Assembly (NCBI RefSeq): GCF_001194135.2
Contig: NC_068987.1
Span: 74,625,735 to 74,668,111 of the forward strand
Reading direction: 5' to 3'
DNA from: Octopus bimaculoides
Lineage: Eukaryota
Length of the DNA: 42,377 nucleotides
A program made the position numbers and the translations under genes. Shown one piece after another: positions 35,230-42,377 of this stretch. The notes under the pieces are model-generated. The model saw only the letters and a list, made by a program, of their open reading frames with translations, did not search any database and had not been told where the DNA came from. The first letter of the stretch is position 1, and each line of letters starts with the position of its first letter.

Positions 35230-35630
35230 GCACTGGAAAGTGTGTTCAGTATCGTGCAACACTATCCACTGAAAGCAAATCCACGCACAGAAACTTCTTG
35301 GATTCACGGAACAGGTTGCACGGACATACTGAGTTTAGGAAGTGGTCTTGCTCTGTCACTAGGTACTAATCACGGAGATTCAGAGAGGTACTCGTGTTGT
35401 ACAAGCATTTATCACTATAATCCAATGACGAACAGATGGTTTTTTTTATGGTGACCTAATTTTTTATTCCATCTGCTGAAAGTCCTACGGTAATGGAAAA
35501 GTGGCGACGTGTACGGACCTAATCAGTTAGAAGTGCACAGCAAGTTACAACTTTCGACTGGTGTCTATGCTTCAAACCATGCAGATCTAAAGCGGGACTG
35601 AGTACTCATCTAAAAGGCCATGGCGGGAAA
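35230..35630 (+). mobile_element. Degraded RTE LINE 3' fragment
   Basis: Across frames: HAQKLLGF, CTDILSL, FFYGDL and terminal CLCFKPCRSKAGLSTHLKGH (RTE C-terminal zinc finger). Confidence 0.5.
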
Positions 35631-35687
35631 GTCAGAAATGCTCTGGACAAGAGAAAACGATAATCATCTGTGAAAATAGAGAAATCA

Positions 35688-35732
<45 letters not shown>

Positions 35733-36018
35733 CGCGTAGTCATGCCAAACTTCAGAAGTCTTCCACATTTTCAGATTGCTTTTTCGGGAATATTAGTCAG
35801 ATGGTATTTTTCGTTGTCTAAGAACCCTAGCATTCCATGTGATTGCTTAAATACTTAGTAAAATGCATCAGTAATTACTAATATAAAGCCTAATTTACAT
35901 TCTGGGTAGGGGAATGGCACGTTTCAATGTAGTTGACAATGAATGTTTTTTTTTATCTTTTGAGTGTTTCGGTCATTGTTCGCGGCCATGCTGGAGCACT
36001 ACCCTAAAGGAGAAGAAA

Positions 36019-36426
36019 NNNNNNNNNNNNNNNNNNNNNNNNNNNNNNNNNNNNNNNNNNNNNNNNNNNNNNNNNNNNNNNNNNNNNNNNNNNNNNNNNN
36101 NNNNNNNNNNNNNNNNNNNNNNNNNNNNNNNNNNNNNNNNNNNNNNNNNNNNNNNNNNNNNNNNNNNNNNNNNNNNNNNNNNNNNNNNNNNNNNNNNNNN
36201 NNNNNNNNNNNNNNNNNNNNNNNNNNNNNNNNNNNNNNNNNNNNNNNNNNNNNNNNNNNNNNNNNNNNNNNNNNNNNNNNNNNNNNNNNNNNNNNNNNNN
36301 NNNNNNNNNNNNNNNNNNNNNNNNNNNNNNNNNNNNNNNNNNNNNNNNNNNNNNNNNNNNNNNNNNNNNNNNNNNNNNNNNNNNNNNNNNNNNNNNNNNN
36401 NNNNNNNNNNNNNNNNNNNNNNNNNN
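36019..36426. other. Assembly gap (N)
   Basis: N run. Confidence 0.99.
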
Positions 36427-36454
36427 TGTGTGTGTGTGTGTGTGTGTGTGTATG

Positions 36455-36660
36455 TTTGTCTGTATTTCTCCCCCAACATCGCTTGACAACCGATGCTGGT
36501 GTGTTTACGCCCTCGTAACTTAACGGTTTGGAAAAAGACACCGATAGAATAAGTACTATGCTTCCAAAGAATAAGCTCAGGAGTCGATTTGCTCGACTAA
36601 AGGCGGTGCTCCAGCATGGCCACAGTAAAATGACTGAAACAAGTGAAAGAGAAGAAAAGA
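36455..36660 (+). mobile_element. SINE family C, 3' half
   Basis: aaggcggtgctccagcatggccacagtaaaatgactgaaacaag tail; an opposite-strand tail piece lies at ~35955-36010. Confidence 0.75.
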
Positions 36661-36788
36661 GTAATAGCTCTTTATTTCTGTCCCAAACTACTACATCTGT
36701 TGAATTTGTATTTAGCAGTAACTTTAATTAAAATGCCTCATCAATATTCTTGGGCTGAAATGTTTCAATGTACCCACCATCATGTACA

Positions 36789-36890
36789 TCTTATACATAA
36801 ATGGCAATTTCTGTCTGTCTATCTATCTGTTACCATCTTGCTGCCTAACCAGTGAACCAAACTCGGCGAAACTTTGCATACCTATTAAAC
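36789..36890 (+). mobile_element. Possible non-autonomous Helitron 5' end
   Basis: A|TCttatacataaatggcaatttctgtctgtctatct...aaccagtgaacc...gaaactttgca resembles Helitron/HINE 5' ends (recall). No 3' hairpin-CTRR end found. Confidence 0.35.
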
Positions 36891-37124
36891 TAACATCCAA
36901 TTCAATTATAGGCTAATTGGATTTTAATAAAAATCTATAATGCCCTCCTAGAAGTGGGTTGGACTATCATTTGATAAAATGAAAAAGGTGTAAGAGTATT
37001 AGTGTGAGGGAAATGTAGCATAGTGAGTGTAGCTGATATCAGGGAAGGGGAAGAACAACGTTGTGTAAGCGATAAATATGGAGTAGCATTGGGATAATAA
37101 CCTTAATACAGCTGTTATTCAGGG

Positions 37125-37194
37125 ATGTATTTACGAAAGTATTATGTAGCGTCGCATGTATACGCGACGCTACATAATACTTTCGTAAATACAT
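37125..37194. repeat. Perfect inverted repeat, 31-bp arms with an 8-nt spacer
   Basis: atgtatttacgaaagtattatgtagcgtcgc-atgtatac-gcgacgctacataatactttcgtaaatacat. Confidence 0.97.
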
Positions 37195-37339
37195 AGATGC
37201 ACACTCACACACACACTCATAAACATAAGTAAGTTTTAAATCGCCAAGGAAGGGAAAGAAGGGTGTGAGGAATCCGTAGCTTTACGGAGAGAGGAGATAG
37301 GTGGCTTTTCTGCTGTCCATCGCAAAGAAACATTTTCAC

Positions 37340-38158
37340 GCACACACACAAGTTAAAGGTAGCAGTTTTCCACGGGTCTTTGGATCAGTGCCGAATAAAA
37401 CAAAGCAGATATACGAATCATTTTTCGAGCAATTAAAAATTATGCAACCTGATGCATATCTGCTTGATTTCATGGCAGATTTCGAAGTTGCAGTTCATAA
37501 GGCATTAATTTCATCATTCTCTAATTCATTTATCGTCGTATGGTTGTTTTCTCTAATTCATCTATCGTGGTATGGTTGTTTCATCTGAACCAATCAGTAT
37601 TTCGAAAAATTACAGATTTAGGCCTCAAAGAAAAATACAATAAAGACTGAATTCTGTCTTAAAATTCGATGTTTTTCAGCATTAGCCTTTCTATCCGTTG
37701 AAGATGTCGAAGAGGCTTATGAAGAATTAATAGACGAGGAAGAAATACCTGCTGAATTCATCATTTACTTCGACATGACTTACATAGGTGTTGTGAGAGG
37801 ACGTGGTACTAGACGAAGGAGAGAACCACCTGCATTCCTGATAGCTGTATGGAATGTTAATCAGCGTATTCTTCAAGATCTTCCCAAAACAAATAATGCT
37901 GTGGAGGGATTTCATTGTGCGAAAAAGCATTCAGCAGATGGAGCACATTTGAATATTTGGAAATTAATCAAAACTCTGAAGGAAGAGGAAGGATTCGTTC
38001 AAGGTAGAATTACTCAAATTCTTCGAGGAAACCCGTCAAATTCATGTACACGATGTCGAAGAATAACTAAACGCCTCAAAAGATTGGTCATTGAATATGG
38101 GTCAACAAGAAAAATTGATTTTTTGAAGAGTGTGATATCTGGTATGCATCAATTTTAA
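37340..38158 (+). pseudogene. MULE/MuDR transposase relic (catalytic half, frameshifted)
   Basis: FPRVFGSVPNKT..IYE.FF..LK, MADFEVA, GCF(H)LNQSVFRKI..LGL, ALAFL..EDVEEAYEEL, YFDMTYIG, WNV..R....LPKTNNAVEGFH. A 32-bp tandem duplication lies at 37519-37582. Confidence 0.88.
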
Positions 38159-38319
38159 GTGATCATAACAAATCATTAGTAATATCCGATAACTTTTTTA
38201 AAATTACTTTTTTTATAAAATACAGTTTCCCACAGTATTTTGTTTGAATCCTGTCAATATAATTCTCAATAATTATTTGAGTTTGATGTTCACCTTATTT
38301 TCTAAAGATTTTATTTAAA

Positions 38320-38461
38320 ATTGAACAAAAAGTCGTTGGACAAAAAAATCATTGGACAAAAAGACGTCGGGCCAAAAGACGTAGACGAAGTGACTTTGGA
38401 CAAAGTGACTTTAGACAAAGTGAATTTGGACAAAGTGACATCGGATGAAAAGTCGAGTCAC
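38320..38461. repeat. MULE 3' terminal arm made of ~15-bp tandem units (ggacaaagtgacttt)
   Basis: About nine units with a GGACAAA core directly downstream of the MULE ORF. Confidence 0.75.
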
Positions 38462-38464
38462 GCT

Positions 38465-38760
38465 AGCCTTCGTCACCTTTCGTCAATCACTTGACCCAAA
38501 TATTTGATAATTTTCATCAAAAATTCACACTTTTCCTTTGTTAGTCTAAACCTGTATTAATTTATATTTCCGAATACTTTTTTAGTATGTTCGAAATGTT
38601 GCTCCACTGACTCGCTCTTTATCAAAATATCATCGATATAAGCGATAGCGAAGTCGCAATCATTTAACATTGCGTCCATCACTTGCTGGAATATGGCAGT
38701 TGCCACTTTTACTCCAAAAGGAAGCCACTTGAATTTATACAATCCACATTATGTGTTGAT
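38465..38760 (-). mobile_element. Ty3/Gypsy reverse transcriptase fragment
   Basis: LYKFKWLPFGVKVATAIFQQVMD...AYIDDILI...KEKCEF...IKYLGQVID. Confidence 0.88.
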
Positions 38761-39150
38761 TGTTAAAAGATGAGCACAATCCGATGCTGTAAAACAGCAT
38801 CCGACGATGCTGTAAAACAGGCCTTCCAAGATTTTACGTTGGTCACGACTAAAACGTCATTAATCATTGATGTCCATAAGTAGAGTTGGCCTGAGAATGA
38901 ACAACAACGAAAAATGCAGGAGTCTCTAGATTCAGCCGTTAGAAAAAGCAGCTAAAACATCCTCTTTAACATACCTTATTGACTTAATAAAAATAAGCAC
39001 ACATTGGACAATTTGTTTTCAGTCTCTCCTCGTGAAGGTTTTAGTCGAGACGATCTTGCTGCTAAATCAGAAGTTCAGTGTTTTCCCTGAACATGAGTGA
39101 TAGTTTAGGAGCTGAGTAGGGGCTATATATTGGACGTCATTCAGTGAAAG

Positions 39151-39191
<41 letters not shown>

Positions 39192-39317
39192 CTCTCTCTC
39201 TTTCTCTCTCTCTACTGCTTTTGAACCTACATTGAGCAATATTACAATATTACAATAATGTAACATATAGATGCCATTTTGGACGCTGAATCCGAATTTG
39301 TTATTCATTTATTCGAG

Positions 39318-39923
39318 NNNNNNNNNNNNNNNNNNNNNNNNNNNNNNNNNNNNNNNNNNNNNNNNNNNNNNNNNNNNNNNNNNNNNNNNNNNNNNNNNNN
39401 NNNNNNNNNNNNNNNNNNNNNNNNNNNNNNNNNNNNNNNNNNNNNNNNNNNNNNNNNNNNNNNNNNNNNNNNNNNNNNNNNNNNNNNNNNNNNNNNNNNN
39501 NNNNNNNNNNNNNNNNNNNNNNNNNNNNNNNNNNNNNNNNNNNNNNNNNNNNNNNNNNNNNNNNNNNNNNNNNNNNNNNNNNNNNNNNNNNNNNNNNNNN
39601 NNNNNNNNNNNNNNNNNNNNNNNNNNNNNNNNNNNNNNNNNNNNNNNNNNNNNNNNNNNNNNNNNNNNNNNNNNNNNNNNNNNNNNNNNNNNNNNNNNNN
39701 NNNNNNNNNNNNNNNNNNNNNNNNNNNNNNNNNNNNNNNNNNNNNNNNNNNNNNNNNNNNNNNNNNNNNNNNNNNNNNNNNNNNNNNNNNNNNNNNNNNN
39801 NNNNNNNNNNNNNNNNNNNNNNNNNNNNNNNNNNNNNNNNNNNNNNNNNNNNNNNNNNNNNNNNNNNNNNNNNNNNNNNNNNNNNNNNNNNNNNNNNNNN
39901 NNNNNNNNNNNNNNNNNNNNNNN
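39318..39923. other. Assembly gap (N)
   Basis: N run. Confidence 0.99.
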
Positions 39924-40029
39924 TATATATATATATATATATATGTATGTATACACACGTTCTTATGATGTTGTATGCATACTGGCATGTCAGTAATATG
40001 TTTATTTATATATTAACATACACCTTTTT

Positions 40030-40598
40030 CCATCCTTTTTTCCCGCTTCGGGATGAGTTTAAGTCAGGAGACAGCCAGATGAGGCCGTCAACCCTGATTT
40101 TTTGGCCCCTACCGTTAAGCAAGAAGATGGTTCTGTGATTATTTGGTGAACCATATCCCGGAATTCTCTGAGCCCTTTAGCTATTCCATATGGAAGAGTT
40201 AACAGCGAAGATCATCTGAGTATTTTGGCTGATCATATTCAGCTTATGGCAAAAACATTATTACCTGATATCAGCCCAATTTTGCAAGAGGGTAATGCAC
40301 CGCTTTACACTGCTGATATTATCCAGAATTGGTACAAAGAGCACAGAAGTGAACTACTTTACTTAGATAAGACCCCACAATCACCAGATCTCGATTTATA
40401 GAACATTTATGGCGCATGTCGAAGCAGCAAGTGAGAAACAACTTCCTTTCACCATCGTCACTGCAAGAGCTGAAGCAGGTTTTACTTAAAGACTGGTTCA
40501 AAGTTCTTCTCACAACCACTCAGAACTTGTACGAGACAATTCCTCGATGTATTAAAGCCACGATTGATGCCAAAGGTTGTTCAACTCAAATTGAATAA
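40030..40598 (+). pseudogene. Tc1-family transposase relic (catalytic domain)
   Basis: NPDFLAPTVKQEDGSVIIW, LQEGNAP (D mutated to G), PQSPDLD-x-IEHLW, NLYETIPRCIKATIDAKG. Confidence 0.85.
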
Positions 40599-40641
40599 GT
40601 AATTTCATTATTTTTGACAACATCTGGAACATATATATATA

Positions 40642-40758
40642 NNNNNNNNNNNNNNNNNNNNNNNNNNNNNNNNNNNNNNNNNNNNNNNNNNNNNNNNNNN
40701 NNNNNNNNNNNNNNNNNNNNNNNNNNNNNNNNNNNNNNNNNNNNNNNNNNNNNNNNNN
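40642..40758. other. Assembly gap (N)
   Basis: N run. Confidence 0.99.
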
Positions 40759-40849
40759 AATTTAAAATGGCTGAAAATTAATATCACGCTTGAAACTTTC
40801 GGAGTACTAACGAATTTGAATCAAACTGTTTTGATCCATATATGGTGTG

Positions 40850-41052
40850 TGTGTGTGTGTGTAAAGATACATACATACATACATACATACACACACAGGG
40901 ACATACTTTTAAACGAGGATGCAAGCAAACGATCCTACAATACACTCACACACATCATATACGCGCAGGCGTACACAAAGAGGTATACGCTTATAATTCC
41001 TCACATCTCTATCTACATGTCTACATCCTCCTAACTCCTCCTCGCTCACTCT

Positions 41053-41108
<56 letters not shown>

Positions 41109-41916
41109 CTCTTTCTTTCTTTCTTTCTTTCTTTCTCTCTCTCTATTTCATAAAGCGAAAAAAACCACCGACGAAGACACTTTATTACCGTCCACCCTCC
41201 TAGAAATTACAGCTTAATCTCCCTTAAATAATATCTCAGAATCTTTAAAAAAGTGAAGAACATCAACATATTTGATAAGGTAGTCATAAGAAACACTGTC
41301 TACAAAAAAAAAACAAAAAAAAACAAAAGAGAGAGAGAGAGAGCAACAAATGGTATAGATATGGTTAGAATACATTATGATCCGGCATCTAATTCATTAG
41401 CCCTGACCGGAGCTGTGAGCAACAAGCTTCACAACTACACAATCAAATATAAAACCGTTCAAACCAATTTTTCACACAAAGCTACTGTTTGCTACCTTCA
41501 GCATAACTATCATAACCACCAGTACCATCACCAGCAGCATCACCAATATCAACACCACTAACATCCCTACCATCATCAGTAGCAGCAGCACTAATATCTC
41601 CTTCATAATAACCCGTTCCACCACCACCACCACCATCATCACCGCTACGAGTCTGTGTGTGGTCCGCCATAAGTACGCGAACGTGTGTGAGTGTGCGCGC
41701 GTTCATGTCGATCACACCACGAACGTGTGAGTATATGTGTATATGTGTCGATGTGTGTGTGTGTGTACGTGTATGTGTGCATATATATGTGTGTGTGTGT
41801 GTGCTTGCGTATATGTGTGTTTGTGTATGTGTGTGTGAGTTTCTATGCATATATGTGCGTAGAAACACGTATGCAGACACAAACGTACATATGCATATAT
41901 GTGTGTGTGTATGTAT

Positions 41917-41962
<46 letters not shown>

Positions 41963-42315
41963 AGAGAGCATACACACATACACACACACACACGCATATA
42001 TACATATGTGTGTACATATATTTATGTACGCGCGCGCGCACAGGAACCCCCCTCCCGCCTTTCACTCCCTCATATATACGAGCAACCTAGCTTACGAGTG
42101 TCAACCTTTAAATACAAGCTATAGATAACGAGTACACACATGTGAATCTACAGAAATATGTAGCTATACATATCCCAACAAGTTATACATATTTTCATGC
42201 ATATGCGGATATACACGTGCGCGCGAAGTGAGTGTTTGTGTGTGTGTAAACGGTTCATACAATACGTCTTCAGCATATCATATAGCAGTATTATATCTCA
42301 TTTGTCTTTTTTCTC

Positions 42316-42377
<62 letters not shown>
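40850..42377. repeat. Microsatellite-rich terminal block: (GT)n, (ATAC)n, (CT)n, (GA)n, (CAC/CAT)n
   Basis: Directly visible. Confidence 0.85.

Noticed and set aside
35400-35454. Kelch-like SIYHYNPMTNRW exon
   Set aside because: Overlapping frames match an RTE LINE remnant better; no GG motif and no splice sites.
38780-38820. gatgctgtaaaacag duplicated, with an 8-bp hairpin
   Set aside because: Too short to distinguish from a local slippage event.

Overview
Repeat-dominated, AT-rich animal genomic DNA from a gapped scaffold (7 N-gaps). The SINE families, microsatellite load and transposon mix resemble a coleoid cephalopod, probably Octopus; this is an inference from pattern recall, not a search. 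No intact host gene, tRNA, rRNA or CRISPR array is supported, and most listed ORFs are microsatellite or N-gap artefacts. Recognisable contents: four tRNA-derived SINE families; a full-length but stop-interrupted mariner with DD35D spacing; a mariner derivative made of two 5' ends joined in inverted orientation; several MITEs (mariner, hAT, MULE-type); a MULE transposase relic abutting a Gypsy RT fragment; a Tc1 relic with reconstructed DD36E spacing; R4/Dong-type, RTE and Penelope retroelement fragments, including an RTE/R4 fusion. The best unexplained structures are an 85-bp inverted copy of nearby DNA inserted into a SINE, a perfect 31-bp-arm palindrome, a three-module foldback element, a cryptic ~22-bp array, a SINE-derived minisatellite and a pre-miRNA-sized hairpin. 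I found no convincing new multi-gene system.
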